Source: Vicugna vicugna
Lineage: Eukaryota
DNA length: 58,438 nucleotides
Assembly: GCA_013265495.1 (NCBI GenBank)
Contig: MU057951.1
Location: forward strand, 223,008 to 281,445
Direction: 5' to 3'
The notes below the pieces were generated by a model, which made no database searches, was not told the DNA's origin, and saw nothing but the letters and a program-made list of their open reading frames with translations. Positions 1 through 12,170 of this stretch are shown here, piece after piece; the stretch's first letter is position 1, and every line of letters starts with the position of its first letter. Position numbers and translations under genes: made by a program.

Positions 1-54
1 TGTAATAATTCTACTTAATAAAACTGAAAAAAGAGAACTAAAAAGGAGACCAGG

Positions 55-160
55 TATATAAAAAAGGAAGTAAAACATATAAATATTGAACAGGAAGAAA
101 TAAAACTACCATTATTCACATATTTAAAATGTATAATTCATATATAGTGAATTCCGCAAA
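55..160 (+). mobile_element. Ancient L1 ORF2 (RT region) fragment
   Basis: 'aaatattgaacaggaagaaataaaactaccattattcaca' resembles the L1 IQIGKEEIKLSLF-coding segment seen in other copies here (e.g. 48200-48240); highly degraded. Confidence 0.5.
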
Positions 161-169
161 TCTTAATTA

Positions 170-870
170 TACCATTCAGGAAATTTTACTGAATGTATAT
201 CAAGACACAGAACATTTATACTAACCCAGAAAGTGCCTTTATGCACCTTTACCATCATTCCTCCACCTTCTCTCCCAGCAGAAGCAGCCACTAATCTGAC
301 TTCTATCACTAAAAGATAGTCTTGCCTACTTTAGAATTTCATATAAATGGAATAATTCAGAATCTCCTTTTATTTAGTTGATTGGTTTCTTTCACTAAGC
401 ATTTTTTTGAGATTGATCCATGTTGTTACATGGGTCTGTAGAGTGCTCCTTTTTATTACTTAGTATTTGATTGTATGAATATACCACAACATATGTACCC
501 AGTATCCTGATAATGGACACTTGATTTGTGTCCAGCTTTGGGCTACAATGAATAAAGCTGCTATGAACATTTGTGTACAAGGCTTTTTGTGAACAGATAT
601 TTTGGTTTATCTTTGGTAAAGAACTAGAAATAAAATTATTGTGTTATAATATATTGTGTGTTTACATTTTTAAGAAATTTCTAAACAGTTTTCCAAAGTT
701 GTATCATTTTACACTCTCATCAGCAATGTGTGAGAGTTTCAGTTGCTCCATATTCTCACTAGTCTTTGAGGTTATATGTATGTTTAATTTATGGTAGGTG
801 AGTTTTGATATTTCATAATTTTATTTGTGTTGCACTGATGACCAGTAATATTAAGTATATTTTCATGTGA
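170..870 (-). mobile_element. Old L1 3' end (L1MB/L1ME-like)
   Basis: Typical antisense L1 3' motifs: 'gaataaagctgctatgaacatt', 'ttttccaaagttgtatcattttacactctcatcagcaatgtg', 'gattgatccatgttgtt'. Confidence 0.75.
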
Positions 871-879
871 AAAAAATAA

Positions 880-1563
880 TTTGCTATTTTATCTTGTAAA
901 AATAGAGATGTCAAAATAATTAAATTTATTTGATATGATGAATTCCATGAAAAATGTGGCTGAATAAGAAAAGATGATTAACTTACCCTGAGGTATATTT
1001 GTTTGAGTAAATATTAGTAATATAAATATTTCAGAAATTTCATGAAGTTCACAGAAATGTGTCAACATATGCAATGTCCATGATACGTGCTATCATAGTC
1101 CCACTTGTTATTTTAAAATGTTGTATGACACAGAAATAATCAAATTTCCTTGTTAATTCTGCTATTATTGAATAAATTCTCATCAGATCTTTAACCATGA
1201 TTGTTTTATGTCTTCCATCATACTCAGGTAGTTAAAGTTTTACTCTGATTCTTCTTGGAAAGTATTTACAATCAGCTCTAGGCCAGAGTGCTTCCTCTTC
1301 AACAAAAAGGAACTATCTCAGAGACCCAAGGAAAGGACTATGACAGGCACTTTGGGGTACAGGCATCTGATAGGATTGCTTAAATAACAGTGGTACCATA
1401 CCATTGGACTGAATAAGGATTTCTAGTACTCTAGGGAAGAAATTTATGGGTTCATTCAACTGTTAATCCAGAATCAAGCAGAAAAAAGAATTACATAGGC
1501 TTAAATGAACTTATGAAGAATTATTATTTTTATGGCTTTTTGTTTAAAACATTGTTGGTTCTT
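880..1563 (+). mobile_element. ERV1 (MER4-group-like) non-coding internal fragment
   Basis: AT-rich motifs recalled from MER4-group internals ('aaaatgttgtatgacacagaaataatcaaatttccttg', 'ggctttttgtttaaaacattgttggttc'); appears to continue in inverted orientation at 5770->4877. Confidence 0.6.
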
Positions 1564-1565
1564 GG

Positions 1566-2503
1566 AATGAAGACCTAAACAAGAAATTATCCAAGGAAGA
1601 AATACAAATGAGCAATCTGCACATGAAAAAATGCTCAAAATCACTAATTATCAGAGAAATGCAAATCAAAACTACAGGGAGTTACCACCTCATACCAGTC
1701 AGAATGGCCATCATTCAAAAGTCCACAAATGACAAATGCTAGAGAAGATGTGGAGAAAAGGGAACCCTCCTACACTGCTGTTGGGAATGCATTTTGGTGC
1801 AGCCACTATGGAAAACAGTGTGGAGATTCCTCAAAATACTAGGAATAGACTTACCATATGACCCAGTAATCCCATTCCTGGGCATTTATCCAGAAGGGAC
1901 CCTACTTCAAAAAGACACCTGCACCCCAATGTTCATAGCAGCACTATTTACAATAGTCAAGATATGGAAACAGCCTAAATGTCCATCAAGAGATGGCTGG
2001 ATAAAGAAGTGGTGGTATATTTATACAATGGAATACTATTCGGCCATAAAAATTACAACATAATGCCATTTGCAGCAACATGGATGTCCCTGGAGAATTT
2101 CATTCTAGTGAAGTAAGCCAGAAAGAGAAAGCAGAATACCTTATGAGATCGCTCATATGTGGAGTCTAAAAAAAATATGGAAAAAAAGAGAAATGAACAT
2201 AAATACAAAACAGAAACAGGCTCATAGACATAGAATACAAACTTGTGGTTGCCAGGGGGGAGTGGTGTAGAAAGGGGCAAACTGGGAGTTGGAAATTTGT
2301 AGATACTGACAGGCATATGTAGAATAGATAAACAAGATTATAATGTATAGCACAGGGAAATGTATACAAGATCTTGTGGTAGCTCGTGGTGAAAAGCTAT
2401 GTGACAATGAATGTGTGTATGTCTCTGTATAACTGAAAAGTTGTGTTCTACACTGGAAATTGACACAACATTGTAAACTGACTGTAAGTCAATTAAAAAA
2501 AAA
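1566..2503 (+). mobile_element. 5'-truncated L1 (ORF2 C-terminus, 3'UTR, polyA)
   Basis: ORF 1794-2063 ([12 protein letters not shown]...[13 protein letters not shown]...YYSAIK) is the L1 ORF2p C-terminus; A-tail at 2495-2503. Confidence 0.95.
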
Positions 2504-3086
2504 GATGTTCTAGAAGAGGGTGCAAAAGATTCAGCCCTCTCAGGATCCAGAACCACTCCCAAAGATGGCCAAAAGAAAAACAGTCTTAGACAACTCCCTG
2601 AGAGCTGGCAACTGTCAGTGGGATGTTAGTTGCAAATAGGTTGCTACCCACATTTTTTCCAGCCGCATTTCTTGGAGCTTTTAATCTGACAAGTGCCCAG
2701 CTGCACACACAAGAACCAACACCTGAATGGTCCAACATGTGGAAAGCCAAGCCAAGTCTTCAGGGCACAAAACAAAAGATAGGAAAGCAATATCTATCTC
2801 CAGAAAGAAAATAATTAATAGGTACCCCAAAACAAAATTTATAGGAATTATAAATCAAAGAACTAATTTTCACGTGTTTTATTTTTTACTGCTTACCTAA
2901 ATTTGGGGAAAAAAAACCTTACCACATTGGCTCAACTGGTCCCTATATGCACAGATATGAAAGAGTGACATGGTAAGAATTCTTACCTACTGTCAGTTAT
3001 TGCCAGATGTTCAGAATCTCTGTCCACAGCTTCAGGACAAAGTAAAGTTTCCCCAGATGATGGAGTTCCTTTTAGTCACTGGAAAC
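2504..3086 (-). mobile_element. ERV1 internal 5' leader with degenerate PBS
   Basis: On the minus strand it directly follows the LTR end (...CCCTTACA|GTTTCCAGTGACTAAAAGGAAC), which resembles a degenerate tRNA-Arg-type PBS (TGGCGACCACGAAGGGAC); leader-like motifs such as 'gatccagaaccactcccaaagat'. Confidence 0.55.
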
Positions 3087-3586
3087 TGTAAGGGAGGAAT
3101 ATTTTTTCCTCAGCCTTCTTAGGGTTCCTGGCAGGGTCTTCAAATTAAATGGACAAATACAGATTAACTGCTAAAAAAATACAAGTATATTTAGTATAAG
3201 TTTTACATGACACTAGAGACTTCACAAGGAAATGAAGACCCAAGGAAACTCTTAGACATTCATAGTTTATGCTATATTTGATAAAGAGTGCACAGTCAAG
3301 GAGGAATATGATAGGTTAGAGTGTGAAGTAATTGTAGTAACTGGGGAAACTTGGGAAGGCTGTTTGTTAGAATTCTTCTTGGTGTTCCTTTGTCTTTGGA
3401 GATATGGATGTTTCTCTGGGTACAGGGAAGACACCTCTCACATGAAGGTTTTATGTCCTGTTTCAGAGAAGAATTAGGGGGAGTGAGAGTGATTTTCTGT
3501 TTCTGCCATTATCTCAAACTTTTTCAGCTTAAAATATTTATTATGCCAAAATGTCCTATTTTGGGTTTACACTTCTTGCCCCATCT
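3087..3586 (-). mobile_element. ERV1 (MER4-group-like) LTR, 5' LTR position
   Basis: Ends in CA on the minus strand at 3087; 'aagttttacatgacac...aggaaatgaagaccc' and 'ttatgccaaaatgtcctattttggg' match recalled ERV1 LTR motifs. Confidence 0.7.
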
Positions 3587-4463
3587 CTCTTGTTTTTCCT
3601 CTTATATAATTGGAAACTACAAGTTGATCTCCTTTCTCTTTTCTTCTTAATGAGTCAGATTTAAATACATGTCACTTCACCAGATTTATTCAGCACTTCC
3701 CACTGAATTCTGAACATGTTTGTGGGTATATATTTAATTCATCTTCTTTTCATGATTTGACATTTGATAATAAAGGAAAAATGTCTATCTAGAACTTAAG
3801 CTTATTTTTTTGGAATTAATTACTAAGAATAGAAAAATATGAATAAGAATGGCTTTTCCCTGTCTTGGATGAATATATACATACATATATATATATGTAT
3901 AACTATATGTATAAAATTTATGTTAAAGTATGTTAAAGTATCACAGCATTTATAATAGAGCATGTTAGGAGAGCTTGAATTTCATGAGATATAAATAATA
4001 TTTAATGTTATATTTGTTGAGTTTCTAAGTTAATTATGAAAAGAAAATAACTTGATTAAATGTTATGGAAAATAATCTAAGATAGATTAACTTAAAAAGG
4101 CTTTTTGCTTATGTTTTGTTATCTTCTTATCAAAGCTGAGATTTAATTAACACCATGTAGACAATTTCTGGCATCAGGTAGAATTTTGTGATTTGCTTTA
4201 ATCCTACCTCGCCCTTCACTGATTTTTCTGAGTGACTGTAGTAGAATGTATATGTCATAATTTTCAAATTTTCTCTCTAAAAATGCTTAATTTTAGAACC
4301 ATATGGATTTTTCTGGCAAATATTTTCCCTACTTTAGTATTGACTAGTATACACATTCTTATTCAGTTCAATATGTTTAGTATAGACTCATTTAAAGCCA
4401 CAGTTTATTTATTCTCCTTCAGAATAAATTAAGTGTACAACTCTTTCTGTGATACCCTTTTGA

Positions 4464-4876
4464 TTATTAAAAAAAATTCTTACACTTGTTAAAACAGACT
4501 TTATTCAGGATTGTTGCTATTATTGCCAAGGCTATCAAAATAGAGGAGAAAGACTAGCTTCTACTCTGAATATGCCAAAAATAACTGGGGATTATAGACA
4601 GTTAGCAGAATAAGGGAGGTCAATAAGTGGAATATTACTAAAATAAGACATTAAGGATAGGGAATTTCTTCTAAACTAACTTAACATGATTCATGCTAAA
4701 AGCAGGCCAGAGTGATCATATATCAAGGATGGAAAATTCTCTCTAAGCTGACTTAGCAGGATCTTTGCTACAACTGGACTAGGCAGGCCAAAGCTGGGAC
4801 CCAAGGATGAGGCTTAGTTTTTAAAAGGGCTCAAAGGAGTCTGTCTAAAGTCTGGTCAAGGGGAAAGTCTTTGTCA
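4464..4876 (-). mobile_element. MER31/MER67-like ERV1 LTR, 3' LTR position
   Basis: Minus strand starts TGACAAAGACTTTCCCCTTGACCAGACTTTAGACAGACTCCTTTGAGCCC (MER31-type start), has AATAAA near its end, and is preceded by a purine-rich PPT-like tract. Confidence 0.75.
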
Positions 4877-5770
4877 GTTCTTCCTGTTGTTCAAGGAAAG
4901 AGAGAAATTCTTCTTTCATTTGAATAATATGAATTTGTCATTTGGTTACCTTTTGTTCAGTAAAGACCAGCTGAACTATCTGTTGGGACTTGGTGATAGG
5001 GGACATTTGCTAGATGGTGCGATCCATCAGGCATTTCAATGGTTTTTATGACAAGAACAGACAATGAATCTATTTTCTGAGTCCAGAAGGCAGCCAGTTG
5101 AGATTTCTAGATGTAGGGAGAAGATTCTTGGATGTTAAGCTTCTACTCATAGGGCTTAGTTAGAAAGCCCCACTAAGTATCTGGACAGTCAGGCTTTAGT
5201 TCTCAGTGATACCAAGTCAATGGAGAGGGAGAAAAATTATGAATGTTAGTTTGGAAAGTTTTAGCTAGATGTTGGAGAAAGCTAGAAGAATTGAGAATTT
5301 GAAAAGGAATGACATAATGTGCAATCTTGTTTATAGGTAGGTAACAAAACCTTAAAACAATGAACAGAATTAAAATCTAATACCACACAGAGTGTGCTAT
5401 ATTTTTCAGCTGTGAACTCATATCTGATTATATGTAAATAATTCTCAAATACAACATTCCATTCAAAGCTTTGGGTGTGTTTCCAATTATGTGCTGTTAA
5501 AAGAAAAGATTCTTATTGAACTTATGCAAAAACTTACATTGCCATGAAATAACAACACCAAATAAGAATTTCTGAATCCTGGAGGGATCTGACAGGGACA
5601 AAACCAAATGTTCATTTCATTTCTGTTTACAAATATATAATCAATTATTTGATAACAATTGTATATATATAACATATCTATTATATATATCATATATGAA
5701 TATTATAGATTATTTAAGAGAAAAAATAAAGAGGTTTTCTATATCCAGAAAATACAATATTAAAGAACCA
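4877..5770 (-). mobile_element. ERV1 internal 3' region adjoining the MER31-like LTR
   Basis: Minus-strand motifs 'ttgcataagttcaataagaatc', 'aattggaaacac', 'aaagctttgaatggaatg' typical of MER4-group internals; abuts the LTR through the PPT. Confidence 0.65.
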
Positions 5771-5773
5771 GAA

Positions 5774-5905
5774 TTTTTTTTATCAAATGTAATTTTATTG
5801 AAGTATAGTTGTATAATATTATATGTTACAGGTGTACAATATGTTAGTTCACAATTTTTAAAGGTTAAACTTTATTTATATTTATAAAATAGTGGCTTTA
5901 TTCTT
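5774..5905 (-). mobile_element. Short older L1 extreme 3' end
   Basis: T-tract followed by 'ttttattgaagtatagttg...tacaggtgtacaat...tttttaaaggtta', the antisense of an L1 3' tail. Confidence 0.75.
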
Positions 5906-8900
5906 TTTCAATTTAATTTTGTTGGGTTATAGCCAGTTTACAATGTTGTGTCAATTTCCAGTGTAGAACACAACTTTTCAGTTATACAGAGACATACACA
6001 CATTCATTGTCACATAGCTTTTCACCACGAGCTACCACAAGATCTTGTATACATTTCCCTGTGCTATAAATTATAATCCTGTTTATCTATTCTACATATG
6101 CCTGTCAGTATCTACAAATTTCCAACTCCCAGTTTGCCCCTTTCCACACCACTCCCCCCTGGCAACCACAAGTTCGTATTCTATGTCTATGAGCCCGTTT
6201 CTGTTTTGTATTTATGTTCATTTCTCTTTCTTTTTTTTCCATATATTTTTTTAGATTCCACATATGAGCGATCTCATATGGTATTCTGCTTTCTCTTTCT
6301 GGCTTACTTCACTAGAATGAAATTCTCCAGGGACATCCATGTTGCTGCAAATGGCATATGTTGTAATTTTTATGGCTGAATAGTATTCCATTGTATAAAT
6401 ATACCACCACTTCTTTATCCAGCCATCTCTTGATGGACATTTAGGCTGTTTCCATATCTTGACTATTGTAAATAGTGCTGCTATGAACATTGGGGTGCAG
6501 GTGTCTTTTTGAAGTAGGGTCCCTTCTGGATAAATGCCCAGGAATGGGATTACTGGGTCATATGGTAAGTCTATTCCTAGTATTTTGAGGAATCTCCACA
6601 CTGTTTTCCATAGTGGCTGCACCAAAATGCATTCCCAACAGCAGTGTAGGAGGGTTCCCTTTTCTCCACATCTTCTCTAGCATTTGTCATTTGTGGACTT
6701 TTGAATGATGGCCATTCTGACTGGTATGAGGTGGTAACTCCCTGTAGTTTTGATTTGCATTTCTCTGATAATTAGTGATTTTGAGCATTTTTTCATGTGC
6801 AGATTGCTCATTTGTATGTCTTCCTTTGATAATTTCTTATTTAGGTCTTCTGCCCATTTTTGGATTGGATTGTTTATTTTCTTATTAAACCATATGAACT
6901 GCTTATATATTTGGAAGATCAAGCCTTTGTCAGTTTCATCGTGTGCAAAAATTTTCTCCCATTCCATTGTTTATCATTTTGTTTTACTTATGGTTTCCTT
7001 TGCTGTGCAGAAGCTTGTAAGTCTCATTAGGTCCCATTTGTTTATTCTTGCTTTTATTTCTATTGCTTTGGTAGACTGCCCTAAGAGAACATTTTTGAGA
7101 TTTATGTCATATAATGTTTTGCCTATATTTTCTTCTAGGAGGTTTATTGTATCTTGTCTTCTGTTTAAGTCTTTGATCCATTTTGAGTTAATTTTTTGTG
7201 TATGGTGTAAGGGAGTGTTCTAGCTTCATTGATTTGCATGCTGTTGTCTAGTTTTCCCAACACCATTTGCTAAAGAGACTGTCTTTAATCCATTGTATAA
7301 TTTTACCTCCTTTGTAAAAATTTAATTGGCCAAAATTTTTTGGGTTCGTTTCTGAGCTCTCTATCCTGTTACATTCATCCATGTGTCAGTTTTTGTACCA
7401 ATACCATGCTGTTTTGATTACTGGAGCTCTGCAGTGTTGTCTCAAATCTGGGAAGGTTATTTCTACAGCTTCATTCCTTTTCTTCAGTAATGACTTGGCA
7501 ATCATGTGTCTTTTGTGATTCCATGTGAAATTTATTATGATTTGTTCTAGTTTTGAGGAATATTCCCTGAGAAATTTGATAGGGATTGCATTATATTTGT
7601 AGATTGCCTTGTGCAATATGACTATTTTCACATTGGTTAATCCAAACCATTAGCATGGGATATATTTCCATTTTTTAAGTCTTCTTTAATTTCCTTAATC
7701 AGTGTTTTGTAGTTCTCCAAGTATAAGCCTTTTACCTCCCTGGTTAGATTTATTCATAGGCATTTTATTACTTTGAATGGTATTTTAAAAGGGATTGTTT
7801 GTTTACCCTCTTGTTGATTCATCATTAGTGTGAAGAAATGCTACTTATTTTTGTATGTTAATCTTTTATCCTACTACCTTGCTGAATTCTTTTGTTAGTT
7901 CTAGTAGTTTTTATGGGGAACTTTTAGGGTTTTCTACATATCACATCATGCCATCTGCATATAGTAACAATTTTGCCTCTTATGTTCCCAAAATAGCTTT
8001 TATTATGTTCCTTCAATATCCACTTTGGTGAGGAATTTTATCATAAATGGGAGTTGAGTTTCATCAAATGCTTTTTCTGTATTTCTTAAGATGACCATGC
8101 AGTTTTTGACTTTTCTTTTGTGGACGTGGTGTATCTCATTGATTGATTTACATAAGATGAGCCATCCTTGTATTTCTGTGATGAACCAAACTTGATCATG
8201 GTATATGATCTTTTTTATGTGCTGTTGGAATCTGTTTGCTAATATTTTATTGAGGATGTTTTCATGTATGTTCATCACTGATACTGGCCTGTAATTTTCT
8301 TGTTTGGTAGTGTCTTTCTGGTTTTGGTATCAGGGTGATGGTGGCTTCATAGAATGAGTTTGGGAGTATCCCTACATTTCAATCTTCTTGAAGAGTTTGT
8401 GATCAACCAGTGGAAGTTCTTCATTGTATGTTTGATAAAATTCCCCAGTGAAGCCATCCAGTCTTGAACTTTTGTATATAGGGAGGCTTTTTTTATTGTT
8501 AATTCTATTTCCTTTCTAGTGATCAGTTTGTTCAATTGGTCAATTTCTTCTTAATTCATTCTTGGTGGACTGTATGTTTCCCAAAACTTTTTCATTTCTT
8601 CTATACTATCTGACTGGTTTCCATACACTTCTTCACAGTATTATCATATGATATTTTGTATTCCACTGGTATTGGTGTTAATTTCACCATTTTCCTTTCT
8701 TATTTTGTTTATTTGTGCTCTTTCTTTTCTCTTCTTGGTGAGCCTGATCAGAGGCTTGCTAATTTTGTTTACTCTTTCAAAAAAACAGCTCTGGGTTAGA
8801 TTGATTTTTTTTCTATTTTTTAATTACTCTGTTTTATTCATTTCCTCCCTGATCTTTATTATTCCATCCATCTGCTAACTATGGGTTTTGTTTGTTCTTC

Positions 8901-11659
8901 TTTTTCTAATTATTTTATATGTTAGGTTAAATTATTTATTAGAGGTTGTTATTTGTTTTTTAAGCAGGCCTGTGTCACCTCAGACTTCAGTCTTAAGACT
9001 GCATTTGCTGCAGCCCTTAGATTCTGTGTGGTTGTGCTTTCATTGTCATTTGTCTCAAAGTTTTTTTTTTATTTAATTTCTTCTTTGATTTTATCATTGA
9101 ACCTTTTTTTTTTTAGTACCATGTTGTTTAATCGCCATACTGTCATTTTTTTCTCCTTTGCTTTTCTGTGGTTGATTTCTAGTTTCATGGCATTGTGGTC
9201 AGAAAAGATTCTTGAAATAATTTCTATCTTGTTAAATTTCTTGAGGCTTTTATTTTGTGTCTGATACATGATCTATCCTAGAGAGTGCTCCATGTGCACT
9301 TAAAGATAATGAATATTCTATTTTGGGGGGTATGTAATGTTCTGAAAATATCAACCCAGTTCAATTGTTCTATTGTATCATTTAGTTTCTCTGATGCCTT
9401 ATTAATTTTCTGTCTGAAAGGTATGTCCAGTGATATTAATGGAGTGTCAAAGACTCCTACAATGATTGTGTTCCCATCAACTTCTTCCTTTATATCTGTT
9501 AGTATTTAGTTTATATATTAGGAGCTCCTATATTGGGTGTATATATGTTAATGAGTGTAATATCCTCATTTATATTCCTCCTTTTAGCATTATATAGTGT
9601 CCTTTTTATCTTTCTTTATGACCTTTGTTTTAAAGTCTATTTTATCTGAAATCTATATTGCTATTCCTGCTTTCTTGTCATTTCCATTTGCATGGAATAT
9701 CTTTTTCAATTCTCTTTTTCAATTAATGTGTGCCCTTCTCCCTAAAATGGGTCTCTTGTATGCAGCATGTTGTAAGTTCTTGCTTTATTATCCAGTTTGC
9801 CACTCTATGTCTTTTGATTGGAACATTTAGTCTACTGACATTTATGGTAATTTTTGATAGATGTGTGTTTATTGACATTTTGCCCTTAGTTTTGCAGTTG
9901 ATTTGGTATTTCCTCTTTGTTCCTTTGTTTTTCTGTTGTGTGGTTTGATAATTTTCTTTTGCATTAGCTTGGTTTCTTTTTAGTTTTTGTGACTGTACCG
10001 TAAGCTTTTGGCTTGTAGTTACCCTGTTTTTTATGTATATTAACCCATTATTATATCTGTTGTTTTAAAATTATAGTGATATGAGCTAAAACCCATCTTC
10101 CAAAGAACAAAAAGATAGAAGAAAACTTTATTTTCTTGCTCTCCTCTACCACTCTTAAATATTTTGATATCCTGTGATACAAGTTCATGTTTATTCTGTT
10201 GTAACTCATTGTAGTTATTACCTTTTCAATTCTGGTTTTCTCCTTTTTGTACCATCCTGCTTATTTTGTATTTAGTGTAGACCTTTAAATATTTCTTTGA
10301 GCCTAGGTTTAGTGTTGTTAAATTCTTTTAATTTTTGCTGGTCTGTGAAGTTCTTTATCTCCTTTTCTATTTGAAAGGAGAGCCTTGCTGGATAAAGTAT
10401 CCTAGGTTGCATCTTTTTCTCATTTAGGACTCTGAATATATCTTGTCACTCCTTTTGGGTCTTCAGTGTTTGTAGAAATATTATTTCTCCTTTTCTTTTA
10501 ATTGAGAGTGGTTACTCTGCTTCTTCATTTTACTTTTATCTCTCTGGCTCTATGTGTTATGGAGTACCAGTTATCTCCTGTAGAAATATCATTGAAAGCC
10601 TCATGGGGATTCCCTTGCAACTAACTCTTCATTTTTCTCTTGTTGCCTTTAGAATCATTTCTTTATCTTTAATATTGGTCATCTTGATTACAATATGTCT
10701 TGATGTGGGTTTGTTTAGGTTCTTCTTGTATGGGATCCTCTGTGCTTCCTGTACTTGGATATCTGATTTTCAGTTATGATTCAAATACCTTTTCAATCCC
10801 TTTTGCTCTTCCTTCTCCTTCTGGGATCCCTATTATGTGTAAGTTGACACACATCATATTATCCCATAGATCCCTTATATTGTTTTCATTGGTTTTTATT
10901 TGTTTTTCTCTCAGCTATTATTATTGGTTGACTTCTGTTGTCTTGTCTTCCTATTCACTTATTCATTCCTCTGCATTATTTAGCCTGCTTTTTACAGCCT
11001 TTAGCTCAGCTGTTATCTCAGCAATTGAGTTTTTAATTGGCTCCTCTTTATAGTTTCAATTTCTTTTTTGACATATTCTCTGTCTCTAAATCTCTTTTAA
11101 TTCCTTCAGTACTTTGATCAATCCTTTTTTGAAATCATGATCTAGTAGACTATCAAGATCTATTTCATTGATCTTTCTCAGGAGATTTCTCCTTTTCTTT
11201 TAATTGGGAGAGGTTGCTGTATTTCATTTTACTTTTATCTCTCTGACTCTATATATTATGGAGTACCAGTTATCTCTTGTGGTCCTGAAAGTTACATTTA
11301 CTTGTTTATTTATCTATTTACTTAAAGCAGATGTGGAAATAAAACTAAAAAAAGCAACAAAAATAGCAAAAGCAAATTTAAAATTTTTTTCTAAATTTAA
11401 ATTTTTTAAAGATTTTTTTAATTTAAAAAGAGGAAAAATTTTTAAAAACAAATTTAAATAAATTAAAAAAGAAAAAAGAAAAAAATGAAGACAAAAAATT
11501 AATTTAAAAAAATTAAAAGGAAAGAAAAGATTTGAAAACAGAGTGGAATCAATAACAAAAGAATAAAGCAAAGAGAAATAAAAGTCAATTTGAGATACAT
11601 TTTTAAAATTAATAAAAAGTTGTTTTAAAGGAGAAAATAAAATTTTAAAAATGATCAGT

Positions 11660-12170
11660 AATTCAAAAATTTACATGCACCCCAATGTTCACATAGCAGT
11701 GTTTACAATGGCAAAGGCATGGAAACAACTTAAATGTCCATTGGCAGATGACTAGATAAAAAAAAGTGTGGTATATTTATACAACTGAATACTACTCAGC
11801 CATAAAAATGACAACATAATGACACTTGCAGCAAAATGAATGTCCCTGTAGAATGTCATTCTAAGTGAAGTACGCCAGAAAGTGAAAGAAAAATACCATA
11901 TGACATCACTCATATGTGGAATCTAAAAAGAAAGATGAATAGACTTATACATAAAACAGAAACAACCTCACAGACATAGAATACAGACTTGTGGTTGCCA
12001 GTGGGAATTGGGTGTGAAGGGATAAAGTGGGAGTTCAAGATTTGTGGATACTCAGTGGTATATATAAAATAGATAAACTAGTTTATACTGTATAGCACAG
12101 GGAAATATATTCAATATTTTATTATAGCTCATGGTGAAAAAGAATATGAAAATGAATATATATAATCAAC
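11660..12170 (+). mobile_element. Short L1 3' fragment inserted in the A/T-rich 5'UTR tract of the minus-strand L1
   Basis: 'acatgcaccccaatgttca...atactactcagccataaaa...gcacagggaaatatattc' is the L1 ORF2 end plus 3'UTR, in opposite orientation to its host. Confidence 0.9.

Noticed and set aside
4205..4245. Possible 28-nt micro-exon on the minus strand (CAG|...GAG|GTAGGA)
   Set aside because: Weak polypyrimidine tract and no supporting ORF or neighbouring exons; expected by chance.
3087..4876. Two LTRs as the ends of one provirus
   Set aside because: The LTR sequences differ and their internal regions lie outside the pair, not between them.
6750..7223. Hydrophobic antisense ORFs (also 29377-29937, 48876-49388, 53590-53967, 44950-45330)
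   Set aside because: Shadow frames of the A-rich L1 coding strand that recur in every copy; no independent protein signal.
11330..11650. A-rich low-complexity tract (also 12175-12350) as a satellite or novel repeat
   Set aside because: Expanded T-rich tract of the minus-strand L1 5'UTR; shorter equivalents exist in the young copies.
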